Shown: piece after piece, positions 35,737 to 47,145 of the stretch
Layout of the letters: each line of letters begins with the position of its first letter
Numbering within the stretch: position 1 is the stretch's first letter
Assembly: GCA_017499595.2 (NCBI GenBank)
Contig: CM039004.1
Span: forward strand, 2,666,001-2,730,000
DNA: 64,000 bases
Direction: 5' to 3'
DNA from: Psilocybe cubensis
Taxonomy: Eukaryota
Program-made: the position numbers and the translations under genes
The notes under the pieces: generated by a model
The model's database searches: none
Seen by the model: only the letters and a program-made list of their open reading frames with translations
Told to the model about the DNA's origin: nothing

Positions 35737-36840
35737 ATGGACATGGACCCCTCCCAATTGCCTCCCACCACTCCTTCTGTGGAAGAGCTCATGCATCAGG
35801 TCCAGCTCCTTACCCAAGAGTTGAATTTTCTTAGACAGCAGCAGCAGTCATTATCCACTCCACCACACCCTCAGCAACCAGTCAGTCAGTCACCATCACC
35901 ACCACCACCACCTGCTGCTCTAGATATTCACTCTTTCCCTACCCCTCATGTTGCCCCTTCCTGTTCACACTCTGCCATTAAAGTCTCACCTCCAGATCCA
36001 TTTGATGGTTCTATGGAGAAGGCAGAAAACTTCCTCAGTCAGCTTAAATTATATTTCTATGGGAAAGGGATTACAGATGACTTTCAGAAAGTTATTTGTG
36101 CTCTATCTCATATGAAAGGAGGTACTGCTGGGAAGTGGGCATATGAGAAGACTAAAGTAATAGACAATGCTCAGTCCCAAGAAGGTCTTTGGGCTGACTT
36201 TGTTTATGAATTTAGGGAAGTATTTGCAGATCCAGACCCCTCCAACACAGCTAAGCATAAAATGCACATGCTCAAGCAAGGCAGACAGACTGCTGATGAG
36301 TATGTTGCTAGCTTTAGGGCTCTGATCTCAGATACTGGGTATAATGATGCTGCTTTGGTAGACCAATTCAAGGCTGGGCTTAATGAAAATCTCAGGAATG
36401 CAGTCTATTATGTTCCTGACATGCCCAAAACCTTGGATGGATGGATTAAATGGAGTACCAGGCTAGATAGGCAGTGGAGACAGAGTGAGGCCTTTACCAA
36501 GTCTCTTTCCTCCTCCTCTTCTTCTCCCTTCCTTAAAGCCCCAACTCCCAAGGCTATTTCTAAGCCTACTCCAAATCCTCCAGTCTTTTCCAATAGCAGC
36601 TCTAGGACCTTTGGTGCTCAGGCAAAGCAACCAGATGTAGTTCCCATGGAGGTTGACTCTGGATGGAAGTCAGTTAGGCCAATTGTTTGCTTCAAGTGCA
36701 GAAAGCCTGGTCATAAGGCTGTAAACTGCAGGTCATCAGTTAACATCAATGCTATGACCCATGAAGAACTGGCTGACTACTTTGGGAAATTAATCTTGGA
36801 AGGCAAGGAGCAGAAAGATGAGGAAAAGAAAAATTTTTAG
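35737..36840 (+). CDS. gag: Gypsy Gag
   Basis: KVSPPDPFDG, ALSHMKGGTAGKWA, LKQGRQTADEYVASF, VPMEVD, zinc knuckle CFKCRKPGHKAVNC. Confidence 0.93.
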   Translation: MDMDPSQLPPTTPSVEELMHQVQLLTQELNFLRQQQQSLSTPPHPQQPVSQSPSPPPPPAALDIHSFPTPHVAPSCSHSAIKVSPPDPFDGSMEKAENFLSQLKLYFYGKGITDDFQKVICALSHMKGGTAGKWAYEKTKVIDNAQSQEGLWADFVYEFREVFADPDPSNTAKHKMHMLKQGRQTADEYVASFRALISDTGYNDAALVDQFKAGLNENLRNAVYYVPDMPKTLDGWIKWSTRLDRQWRQSEAFTKSLSSSSSSPFLKAPTPKAISKPTPNPPVFSNSSSRTFGAQAKQPDVVPMEVDSGWKSVRPIVCFKCRKPGHKAVNCRSSVNINAMTHEELADYFGKLILEGKEQKDEEKKNF

Positions 36841-39800
36841 AAGCACCATTGGTGAAAGACATGTCCCAATGGAATAGATTTAATGTACTAGAAAATGAAA
36901 TTGACAGACTTGATCCTCAGTCTTCAGATTCTGGTGCAGAAATCATGTCTTCTTCTTCCTCTCTTTCTACCTTCCCTGAAAAGATCTACATCCTCAACCA
37001 TAATCCTAAAACCTCTACCCATTTGTCTGTCATCTTAAAGACAATGGACACAGAGAAAAGGTTATCTGTTGATGCTTTGCTTGATTCTGGAGCTACTGGC
37101 CTCTTTCTGCATTCTGGTTTTGTGAAGTATCATAATCTCAACAGAAGGAAACTTCCTAGAGCCATTCCAGTCTATAATGTTGATGGTACTCTCAACAAGA
37201 GTGGCTCTATCCATGAGGAAGTAGACTTAATTATGGTACACAAAAACCATACAGAAAGGGCCACCTTTGCTGTTTGTGACTTGGGAGACAAATCTGCTAT
37301 CATTGGACATACTTGGCTTTGGCACCATAATCCAGATGTTGATTGGAAGACAGGGGATGTCCAGTTTATTAGATGTCCCTCTGACTGCCAAATGGAAGCC
37401 AAAAGAGCCAGAAGAAAGAGGCAGAGAATAGCTGCAGTCAAAAGGAGGAAACTCCCTCAATTTGATGAAGAAGAAGATGATTCTATTGAAGATTCTTCTG
37501 ATTCTGAGATTGAGCCTGAGGATAGAATTTTTATCTCATACCTTCATCCTCAGAAGCAGTCTATTAATGCTACTTCTACTATGTCTCAAAGATTAGCAGA
37601 AGAGTCTCATCAGCAAGCTGATTCCCTTAAGAAAACCTTTGAAGAAACTGTTCCTAAGCACTATCATCAGTTTAAAGGTGTTTTTTCAAAGGAATCTTTT
37701 GATAGGCTACCAGACAGAAAGCCTTGGGATCATGCTATTGAGCTGAAACCTGGTTCTGAACCTTACAGATCCAAGATTTATCCTCTTTCTCCCAATGAAC
37801 AAAAGGAACTTGATGCCTTTTTAGAGGAAAATCTGAAGTCTGGCAGGATTAGACCCTCCAAGTCACCTATGGCCTCCCCTGTATTCTTTGTCAAGAAGAA
37901 GGATGGATCTCTTAGGCTTGTCCAGGACTATAGGAAACTGAATGAAATGACCATCAAGAACTCCTACCCCCTTCCATTGATTTCTGACATCATCACCAAA
38001 CTCAGCAAAGCCAAATACTTCACCAAACTTGATGTTAGGTGGGGATTTAACAATGTCAGAATCAAAAAGGGAGATGAATGGAAAGCAGCCTTTAGAACCA
38101 ATAGAGGGCTGTTTGAACCATTGGTCATGTTCTTTGGTTTAACCAATAGTCCTGCTACCTTCCAAACTATGATGAATGATATCTTTATTGAGCTCATTGA
38201 TGGAAATGTTGTCATTGTCTACATGGATGACATTTTAATTTTCACTGAGACTCTTGATCATCATAGAGAGGTAGTCAAGCAAGTTCTGCAAATCCTAGAA
38301 CAGAACAAACTCTACCTTAAAGCAGAGAAATGTGAATTTGAAAAGGAAAAGATTGAATATCTTGGACTAATCATTTCACAAGGCAGGATTGAGATGGATC
38401 CTGTCAAGGTAGAGGGAGTTTCTAAATGGCCTGAACCTGAAAATGTCAAGGATGTCCAATCATTCTTGGGATTTGTTAATTTTTATAGAAGGTTCATAGA
38501 GGATTTTGCAGACATTGCTAAGCCCCTTCATGAATTGACAAAGAAAGGAACAGTCTGGAGATGGAGTCTTAGACAGCAGGAAGCCTTTGACCAGTTAAAG
38601 AAGAAAGTCACTTCTTCACCTGTCTTGATTTTCCCTGATGATAACAAGCCATATAAAGTTGAAGCAGACAGTTCAGATTATGCTACTGGGGCTGTTTTAT
38701 CTCAGAAAGGATCAGATGGGAAATGGCATCCTGTAGCCTTTATGTCTAAGAGTCTATCTGAAGTAGAAAGGAATTATGAGATCCATGACAAAGAGATGCT
38801 GGCTATTATCAGAGCACTAGATGAATGGAGACATTATCTTGAAGGAACCCAACATTCCTTTGAGATTTGGACAGACCACAAAAACTTAGAGTACTTTATG
38901 GTTGCCCAAAAGCTCAGCAGAAGGCAAGCCAGATGGTCACTCTTCCTGTCCAGATTTGATTTTACTCTTCATCATAGGCCTGGTAAAAGATCTCTTAAGC
39001 CAGATGCTTTGTCTAGGAGACCAGATCATAAAAAGGGAGAGAATGATAACCAAAATGTAGTTCTCCTCAAACCTTCCTACTTTAAAATCCAGGCTCTCAA
39101 GCAGGGTCATGCTACCATTACTGGTGCAGAAAATGATCTTCTTAAGAAGATTAGAGAAGCTAAGGAGATGGATGAAAAGGTGGTCAAGGCAGTTCAGGAG
39201 CTCAAGAAATCTTCTACCAAGAAGATTGAAGGACAGGAATGGTCAGAAGAACAAGGCCTTATTCTCTACAGGGGGAAGGTGTATGTTCCCAAGGACAAAG
39301 ATCTTAGAAGAAAGATTGTGGAACTGCACCATGATGCCTTCATTGCTGGACATCCAGGGAAATGGAAGACAATTGAGCTAGTCTCTAGGAATTATTGGTG
39401 GCCAGGAATGTCACATTTTATTGCAGCCTATACCAGAGGTTGTGATAGATGCAACAGAACCAAAACCTTTCCAGCCAAACCTCTTGGCCTTTTAATTCCT
39501 ACTGAGATTCCCTCTGATGTCTGGCAATGCATCTCTGTGGACTTTATTATGGGGTTACCAGAATGTCAAGGGTATAATGCCATTATGGTGGTTGTGGATA
39601 GACTTAGTAAAATGATCCACATTATCCCTACTACAGATGAAGTCACTTCTGAAGGGACAGCCAGACTATACAGAGATTATGTCTGGAAACACCATGGCTT
39701 ACCCATTAAAATTCTGTGTGATAGAGGTCCACAGTTTGTCTCAAGGTTTATGAAAGAACTCAACTCAATACTTGGTATCCAGACAGCCTCATCTACAGCC

Positions 39801-40718
39801 TACCATCCCCAAACTGATGGTCAGACTGAAAGAGTTAACCAAGAAATTGAGCAGTATCTTAGACTCTTTATAAACCATAGACAAGATGATTGGGTTGAAT
39901 GGTTAGCTCTAGCTGAATTCTCTTATAACAATAGAGTTCAGGCTTCAACCAGGCAGACACCATTCATGCTCAATAATGGCAGACATCCCAGAATGGGCAC
40001 TGAACCCCTTAGAGATAGTAAAATGGACACTGTGGATACCTTTGTGAAAAATATGGAAGAAGCCAGGAAAGAAGCAGAGTCTGCACTTAGAAAAGCTGCT
40101 GATGATATGGCTAAATTCTATAATAGACACAGAGGTACTCCAACTCAGTACAAAGTTGGGGATTTGGTATGGTTAGATGGCAAGGACCTCAAAACTGATA
40201 GGCCCTCCAAGAAATTGGATGATAAAAGATATGGGCCTTACAAAATTACCAAAGTTATTAGCCCTAATGCCTATGAGCTTAAGCTGCCATCTACCATGAA
40301 AATCCATCCAGTGTTCAATGTGGTTAAACTTCTACCTTATCACTCAGATATTGTAGGAAGAAAGCCTCCTTCTAGACCACCTCCTGTCATTCAAGGAGAA
40401 AATCCTGAGTGGGAAGTTGAATTTATCAAGGACAGCAGACTTTTTAGAAACAAACTTCAATATTTGGTCAAGTGGAAGAACTATCCTAATGAAGAATGCA
40501 CTTGGGAGCCTGCAGAGCATTTGAAAAATGCTTCTAAGGCTATCAAGGACTTCCATGCCAAACATCCTTCAGCACCTAGAAGGATTTCTGCTGTGACCTT
40601 TGATAGACTTTCTTTCACTCCTATTATTAACTTTACTGAACCTCCTCCTCTTCTTAAACCCTCTAAACTAACCCATCCATGTGCACATTGTGGAAAATGT
40701 GCCTTAGAGAGGGGGTGA
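36831..40718 (+). CDS. pol: Gypsy Pol (PR-RT-RH-IN-chromodomain), probably expressed by -1 frameshift
   Basis: ALLDSGAT, FTKLDVRWGFNN, YMDDILIF, EADSSDYATGAVL, NYEIHDKEMLA, GHPG..CDRC, DRGPQF, YHPQTDGQTER, chromodomain WEVEFIKDSR..YLVKWKNY..TWEP. The ORF is uninterrupted and in the -1 frame relative to gag. Confidence 0.95.
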   Translation, partial: KFLEAPLVKDMSQWNRFNVLENEIDRLDPQSSDSGAEIMSSSSSLSTFPEKIYILNHNPKTSTHLSVILKTMDTEKRLSVDALLDSGATGLFLHSGFVKYHNLNRRKLPRAIPVYNVDGTLNKSGSIHEEVDLIMVHKNHTERATFAVCDLGDKSAIIGHTWLWHHNPDVDWKTGDVQFIRCPSDCQMEAKRARRKRQRIAAVKRRKLPQFDEEEDDSIEDSSDSEIEPEDRIFISYLHPQKQSINATSTMSQRLAEESHQQADSLKKTFEETVPKHYHQFKGVFSKESFDRLPDRKPWDHAIELKPGSEPYRSKIYPLSPNEQKELDAFLEENLKSGRIRPSKSPMASPVFFVKKKDGSLRLVQDYRKLNEMTIKNSYPLPLISDIITKLSKAKYFTKLDVRWGFNNVRIKKGDEWKAAFRTNRGLFEPLVMFFGLTNSPATFQTMMNDIFIELIDGNVVIVYMDDILIFTETLDHHREVVKQVLQILEQNKLYLKAEKCEFEKEKIEYLGLIISQGRIEMDPVKVEGVSKWPEPENVKDVQSFLGFVNFYRRFIEDFADIAKPLHELTKKGTVWRWSLRQQEAFDQLKKKVTSSPVLIFPDDNKPYKVEADSSDYATGAVLSQKGSDGKWHPVAFMSKSLSEVERNYEIHDKEMLAIIRALDEWRHYLEGTQHSFEIWTDHKNLEYFMVAQKLSRRQARWSLFLSRFDFTLHHRPGKRSLKPDALSRRPDHKKGENDNQNVVLLKPSYFKIQALKQGHATITGAENDLLKKIREAKEMDEKVVKAVQELKKSSTKKIEGQEWSEEQGLILYRGKVYVPKDKDLRRKIVELHHDAFIAGHPGKWKTIELVSRNYWWPGMSHFIAAYTRGCDRCNRTKTFPAKPLGLLIPTEIPSDVWQCISVDFIMGLPECQGYNAIMVVVDRLSKMIHIIPTTDEVTSEGTARLYRDYVWKHHGLPIKILCDRGPQFVSRFMKELNSILGIQTASSTAYHPQTDGQTERVNQEIEQYLRLFINHRQDDWVEWLALAEFSYNNRVQASTRQTPFMLNNGRHPRMGTEPLRDSKMDTVDTFVKNMEEARKEAESALRKAADDMAKFYNRHRGTPTQYKVGDLVWLDGKDLKTDRPSKKLDDKRYGPYKITKVISPNAYELKLPSTMKIHPVFNVVKLLPYHSDIVGRKPPSRPPPVIQGENPEWEVEFIKDSRLFRNKLQYLVKWKNYPNEECTWEPAEHLKNASKAIKDFHAKHPSAPRRISAVTFDRLSFTPIINFTEPPPLLKPSKLTHPCAHCGKCALERG

Positions 40719-41168
40719 TGTCAGGGTTTCTCCAGTTTCCCCTCTTTATCTTCACAGAATTATCTTATCCTTTCATTATCTTATCAATTATCTGATTAGA
40801 TAGTTTATTTCTTTCATCACAGCCTTCTTGCTCCACTTCTTTCTAGTAAATTCTATATGATTCCTAGTCTTACTCATCCTTTTTCTATATGATGTCACTT
40901 TTATTCTTTAACCTTCCTTTATGATGTAATGTAGGGAATATTCTAGAATAGCTGTAGAGTATAAATACTGGACTTGTAGGTAGCTGTAGCTTCAGCTTCA
41001 ATCTCTTAGGATATCCACTATCATTGGTGTGATCTCTTAGAACCATTGAATCTCTCTCACTCTCTTATTCTCTCTTTGCTCTCTTACTCTCCCTCTGCTC
41101 TCTCTCTCTCTCTCTTGCTTAATCTTTGTTGGTGGCCTTGTCACACTGATTATAGTGTTGCCCTGACA
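40719..41168 (+). repeat. Gypsy 3' LTR (intact)
   Basis: 450 bp, TGTCAGGG...CCCTGACA, followed by TSD CCCTG. Confidence 0.97.
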
Positions 41169-41251
41169 CCCTGCCCACCATCACTTTAGCTTTCGCACTC
41201 GTGGTATCTCTTGTGTCTGGATTATCATTGCATGGTCGATTACCCCTGTCG

Positions 41252-42360
41252 TATGGCTGTCCGTTTGCACATTTAATACCAATCATTAAACTTTTTGTCC
41301 CATACATATAGAGAACAGTTTTATACGATCCCCACTATATATATTAATGTCCCACTCATAGAGAGCTAGTTTCCGAGCATAGAGGAAATCATCCCGATAA
41401 TTGTATTTACAGAATCTTCAACTTTAATGAATGGTACATACATATATACATCTCACCCCTATATATGACATCCCGTACCATACTTTGTAATCCCCTCCCC
41501 ATATATCTAACATTTTTTCCAAAGACATAGAGTTGTCGAGATGACTAATACCCTGCGTGCCGGCACTGCCGAATCCGTGTGGGAATTATATTTGTACCCC
41601 GCTTTGGGGTGGATAGCTACTCCTGAAGCAGCTAGGGGAATACTTTAAGTTCAGATATGCATTAAAAATTTCGAGTTTGATGATGAAACACAAAACCTGT
41701 GCGTATAGCTGACCCTGAGTAGATTGACCACCTATAACCTCAACTTCAGGTGTATTTAACCTTAACCAAACTTAACATATCTGCTACTGGCTGTTATCAC
41801 AGCGCTTGGCTCAGAAAAAACACTCAATAATGCTGTATTTAGCTTACATTATAGCATTCACAATCGGTTAGTATTTGAAACTGTGTCAGTGCTTACTCTG
41901 CCTCTGCCTGTGTCAAGGTGAAAAAACAGCAATGTGCTGTGATTCGTCTGGCTGATTGCCGAGATATGCCGAATTCGCACGAAGGCAAGCTTGCCACGGC
42001 AGGAACGAATGCCGAAAATCACCTGTATTTCTTCGGGACGACGACAGGTAAAATCTAAGATTGCCGGAACCAGTAGATATATGTGGGGGAGGAAAAAATG
42101 TATGAAACGGCATGGGTTTCCTATGTAAGGGATTCTAATATATATATATATGTGGGCTCCAAAACTATATGTATGGTACTCAAAGTTGTACCTAAGGTTG
42201 CAATATACAAATGTGTGGATATGAGATCTTTATGATTGGAAGCCTTTTCTCTATCTTCGGACACCATAAGATATAGTTATTGGAAGACTTAGTCCAAGAC
42301 TTCTAAATATGGGACAAAAAGTTTAATGATTGGTATTAAATGTGCAAACGGACAGCCATA
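41252..42360. mobile_element. Non-autonomous TIR element A (MITE-like, ~1.1 kb)
   Basis: Perfect 53-bp inverted repeats 41252-41304 / 42308-42360 (TAtggctgtccgtttgcacatttaataccaatc...) bounded by TA; no coding capacity recognised. Confidence 0.85.
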
Positions 42361-42368
42361 CAGCCATA

Positions 42369-43804
42369 GTCCGTTTGCACATTTAATACCAATCAATAAA
42401 CTTTTTGTCCCACACATAGAAGTCTCAATTCTACATAATTCCATATACATACTCTGGTGTCCCGGATATAGAGAGAAGGCTTCCGAACATATAAATCCAG
42501 TATCCATACATTCATAGGTTGCACCCTCAGATACAACTTTGAGTACCATACATATAATTTTGGTGCCCACATATACAAATCACAATCCCTTACACAGATA
42601 AAACACTCCATTTTATACATATTTTGTTCCCTTACTTATATCAGAAGGTTGCCTGTATGATTGTTCTTACCCTTCTTCATCCCGAAGATATACAGTCATT
42701 TTCGGCATTCTTTCTATGCCGTGCATGCCTAGACATCGTGAGAATTGGCAAATCTCGGCAAGTGAGAACACAAATTACAGTTCGTTGCCTGTATGCCTGT
42801 CGACACACGCTAACTGAACATTGTAAAGATTCACATTGATCCAAGCAGTAAACATACTTTTGTGTAAGCTCATTACAGAAGTAGTATGTCTTCATAGTCT
42901 GAGACGAGTGCCTTGACCACTCCCAGTCGCTGTGCTATGGTTTAAAAAGGCCTGAAGTTGAGGTTGCAGACAGATTATTGCATTAGAATAGGCTGTATGT
43001 AATCTTATGTTATTTTAATGTATTATTTCATGCCCTTAATGGATTTTATAATCTTGTAATGACCGTCCTATTTTCTTCACATGTAGCAATCCACTACAAG
43101 CGGGACGAAAAATAGAGTTCCCACGCCTCTACGGCAAGGACGGCATGTGTAATATTCATCTGGACAACTCTATAGTCCTTCTCAATTCTAAAAGTTAGAA
43201 AAAAAGTTAGAAATTTATGCATGGCAACAGTTTAGCAACGATCATACTGGGCGTCGAGGACATGCGGTATGACGCCGCCAAGTGTGATCCTGTTCCTGTC
43301 TGAGTTAGAATGAGTCTGAAAGTTGGCAGGCTTTGCCGCCGTGCTTCGGTTGCCATTGACGCGTCCAGACACGCGAATGAGTTGTGCCGCTCGGCATTGG
43401 CATACAACATTTTAAACACCGCTTTGTCTTGTCCATCTAGGCATCACAAAGCCAAGACGCCCAGCGTGATTGTTGCCATGCATAAATTTCTAACTTTTTT
43501 TCTAACTTGTAGAATTGAGTAGGACTTATATCTTCGGACAAAAATTGAGGTACATGCCGAGAGGGTCACAGACTATGGTACCAAATTTTATATGTATGAG
43601 GATCATACCCATATCTGTGCAGCTCCTATTCCAATTGAAGGGCATGCAAGAACAATGACTGGGATAATTTCTTCTATGCTCGGAAATTATCTCTCTATAA
43701 CCGGGACACCAAGGTGTGTAGTTGGGTTCAAGCAAAATTGTTATTTATATGTATGGGGAAAGAAGTTTATACATTGGTATTAAATGTGCAAACGGACAGC
43801 CATA
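42369..43804. mobile_element. Non-autonomous TIR element B, same family as A, opposite orientation
   Basis: Same TIR core at 42369 (5'-truncated) and at 43773-43804. 42369-42600 resembles the reverse complement of ~42120-42352, and 43530-43804 resembles the reverse complement of ~41252-41530. Confidence 0.8.
43174..43526. repeat. Inverted-repeat element (~350 bp) nested in element B
   Basis: agtccttctcaattctaaaagttagaaaaaaagttagaaatttatgcatggcaac versus its near-perfect reverse complement ending at ~43526; inner ctgggcgtc / gacgcccag also pair. Confidence 0.8.
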
Positions 43805-45146
43805 ACGGACAGCCATAGTAGCATAGTCTCGTATCCATCCGCGATCTAATTAGCCCGAAAAGGTGCGAGGACGCCTTTTTATAGCAACCGCGGCACTTGA
43901 CGGGCTTTGAAAGCACAATGGGATTTGACTTGCAGACATCATCACATCAAAATCCGTATATAGATGCTTTGCCGTATGCTCAAGTTCACTCTGATGTCCC
44001 CCCTTCTTCAAGTTGAGAAGTGATTTGCTTGCTATGAATGTCCTGCTTTTTTTCTTCCTGACGAGTGGTGTGGGCGGCATCTGAGAGCACCATGACGCCC
44101 ATACGCATGTGCATACTCCTGTGTGAATTTATGGGTAGTGAGTCTTCCATTGTTCTCTCTTTTGGGACGGCTTTGTGGACGTACCTCGAAGTTGCATCTG
44201 GGTGTATTGCTTGTATCTAATGGAGATGTACTAGGGTCTTGGTGTGCAGTTGGTTCAAAAGCCTATCCCAGTTGGCCGACAATGCACATAAAACAATGCG
44301 CTGAACAAAACTCTCAACTAGTGCTCAAGGCAAATGCCAGTTGCCTTCCCAACCTTGTCTTGACCTTGTATTTTTAACGCAACAAGCGACCTTGTCTGGT
44401 TGTAAATGCACAAAGCACACCTTGTCCAAAAGTTTGCTCGACGACTCGGCTGTATGAAGCGTTTCCAAGGAAAATATTCATGTGGCAGATGGGAAAGTGA
44501 TTTTGTTCGAGTGTTGAATGTCGGAATTTTCAGGAATGCCTTACAAGGCCGAAAAGGCCGGCAAGGCCCGGCTAGCCTTGTGATGCCTCCCAATCTGAGA
44601 GCGTGCCTAAGAAGTAACCGTGATTGACCTTGTAAGGTAGTGGCTTAGAAGTCTATACATGCCTAGCAAGGCGTAGGGAATAAGATTAGATTAAAAGACC
44701 TTGCTAGGTTGGGCTTGATTCAAAGGGCATCTAACAAATTAAAAGGAAGATGAACGCACTGACATAGTTTCCAATTGATTAGTAGTCAACGATTGCTTTC
44801 AGTAGGAATTGTGTTGAAGTCAAACTTTTATGCACTTACCAAGAACCGAACGCCAGACCTTCAAGACAAGACAAACCTACCAATAGCATTGTTACCACTA
44901 GACCAAACCTCCTTTCTTAAATTATAGTGTGGCGTTAATATGACACCACATTTTCTGTGCTTAGTCAACTGATGTAACCGATCGAGTCCAGAGTCGTCTA
45001 CTCGGACTTCAATTTTTTCAGACAATCTCAATCGTGAGGGCCGTACTATGCATTGAAAAGCAAAGAAGTAATCAACCAAACACAGTAGTATGTCCGCCAT
45101 AATGAGATACACCGGAATGCAAAGTAGTCTAAGTACAGCGTGCCTA

Positions 45147-47145
45147 CTATAATGGTGTAATATTAGCACGCTTACTAGAGCGTGTGCTCCGTGTTTTGGC
45201 TACAACAGTTGCGTCAGGCTGCACAGGGGCCAACCCCTTCTTTCGACCACGTTTTGGCTTGATTACTGGTGCTTCAAGTGGAGAAATGCTTGTGGAAGCA
45301 TTAGGAACAGAGACTGTATTGGAAGAAAGGGGAGGGCTTGTCGGAGTCTGAGTCTTCGGAACTGGGAGAAATACTGGGAGTGGAGCATTGACCGTGGTAT
45401 TTGTAACATGGAGTGCAGACTCAAAGGCTGCCGGAGTCGGTTCTAATACCAATGATACATAATGGGCATGAGCTAAACGCGTGGGAATCAAAAGACAAGT
45501 ACCTTCGTCAGTATCAGATCTATCTTCAGTAATATCCTGAGTATTAGATGGCAGGTTCCGAGTGCTTTGTAGTGGCGGCGCAAAGTCTTCTACATCAGAG
45601 TCGGTGTCACGGTCTTCCACATTAACGATAGGACCCGGAATAGAAGTTGTTGAACTAGGAGTTATGGTTGTTTGTCGACTAAAGTTGGCAATCATCTGAT
45701 AAACCGGATGCGGAGATGGACTTGACTCGGAATCCGACATCCTGGAATGGCTTGATGTAAGGATTTCCGTAGGCTGCTGTGTAATAGAAGTAGGAATAAT
45801 GGGTTTTTGGTGTGGAAAGAGAATATTATCCCAATATTTGAACAGTGAAGCGAGTGATGACTGCTGTGTAATGAGATAATGCTTGTACATATCGTGTTGA
45901 GCAAGATAAAGCCTCCCTGTTGTTGGTCCTACACCACTACTGGTAAATTCACGGTCGTCGGATAAGATGTATATAGTCTATATTAGTAGTCAATATCTAG
46001 CACTCAATTTATAATACATGTAATAACAAATACATACCGCTGTTGCAGACGCAGCTATCAAGCCTGGTGTTGTACAATTCATACGACTATCAATATGGGC
46101 GCTTGGACTATCTTCCCGTGTTCGAGGCATAATCTCCGCCTTTAAGGCCGATGGCCCTAGAAGAATGATTCTTGCCGTCTAAACTAGAGTTTTAGCCAGG
46201 TATTATGTATTTTCAGAATTAAATATACTGTACCTTCAAAAGAAAATCACTTTTAAAAAGTCCCAAAGCGTTGTTGGTGTCAGAATCTGCAAATAAAACT
46301 GGGGGAAATGTGTGCGCAGTGTCATTGGGATAAATGAGCTTCCAGATTTCCTTCGTTCCGGTCATCACTTTTACACGGTCCGATGCACCAAGCAATGTTT
46401 GCACAACCGCATGGGAGCTTAGGCCAAAAGACAATGGTGAGGTGAACAGCTCAGATGGAATGTTTGGGAAAATAGAAGGCGCAGAGGTCCGAATCTTATT
46501 TAGTATTGTTGAACGGCCTTCCGACAAGCCTTTAACGAACTATAGAATAAAGATATATGAGCAAGATATCCTAAACTTGGAAAAAAGATATAAAACGCAC
46601 CACATTAACTGCCATCTCCACATTCTCACTGATAATTGAATGGTACTTTGCTGGAAAGCATTCGTACAATTCCGCAATATTGCCAAGCTTGGATGTATTC
46701 TCGTCTTTGTACCGAGCAGATGCATTGTTAGAGCTGAACGAAGGCCTGGGATTTCCAAAGAGTGACTTGGGAACAATAATACGATAGAAAATGAAATGAT
46801 ATTTAGCAAGACGAATAAGGTCCTTTCGGAGAGCTATTTCGGCTGCGCAATCCGATGTGTCAGAGACAGCAGGTCGAACAGCGCCTTTTTTGTTGATCAA
46901 GCGCATTTTCAAACTTGCGTTTTCCTCTTTAAGCTCCCGGACCTTTGATTCCAGATTAAAAATGGTATCTTGCTGGATCCGACACCTCTGTTTCTATTCA
47001 TTAGAATCTAGAAAATGCAAAAATACATTAAAATATTACTTACTTGCTCAAGCTCGGCCAATGTTGCTCCACGGAAAAAAGACGCGCCTGAAATGGATGA
47101 CTCGCCTGCAACGGAGCTTGGAACAATTGACATTGATGAAGACAT
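45147..47145 (-). CDS. Multi-exon transposon-associated hypothetical protein (coiled coil, possibly DUF6698-like core, S/T/P-rich tail, AT-hook-like KRGRKK)
   Basis: Starts MSSSMSIVPSS. Exons include ORFs 46571-46912, 46219-46527 (FPPVLF..LFKSDFLLK), IILLGPSAL..TTPGLIAASATA and 45147-45890. Family call is tentative. Confidence 0.55.

Larger units (their letters stand above)
16663..41168 (+). mobile_element. Ty3/gypsy chromovirus (~6.4 kb without the nested insertion); 5' LTR split by an 18-kb DNA transposon
   Basis: LTR termini TGTCAGGG...CCCTGACA. The 5' LTR is 16663-17096 + 35230-35245 (450 bp) and the 3' LTR is 40719-41168 (450 bp). TSD CCCTG lies at 16658-16662 and 41169-41173. A purine tract precedes the 3' LTR. 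Confidence 0.96.

Noticed and set aside
35230-41168. Ascomycete-type RIP damage as the cause of the gypsy composition
   Set aside because: CpA is abundant, there are no stops, and the LTRs match; the loss is specific to CpG.
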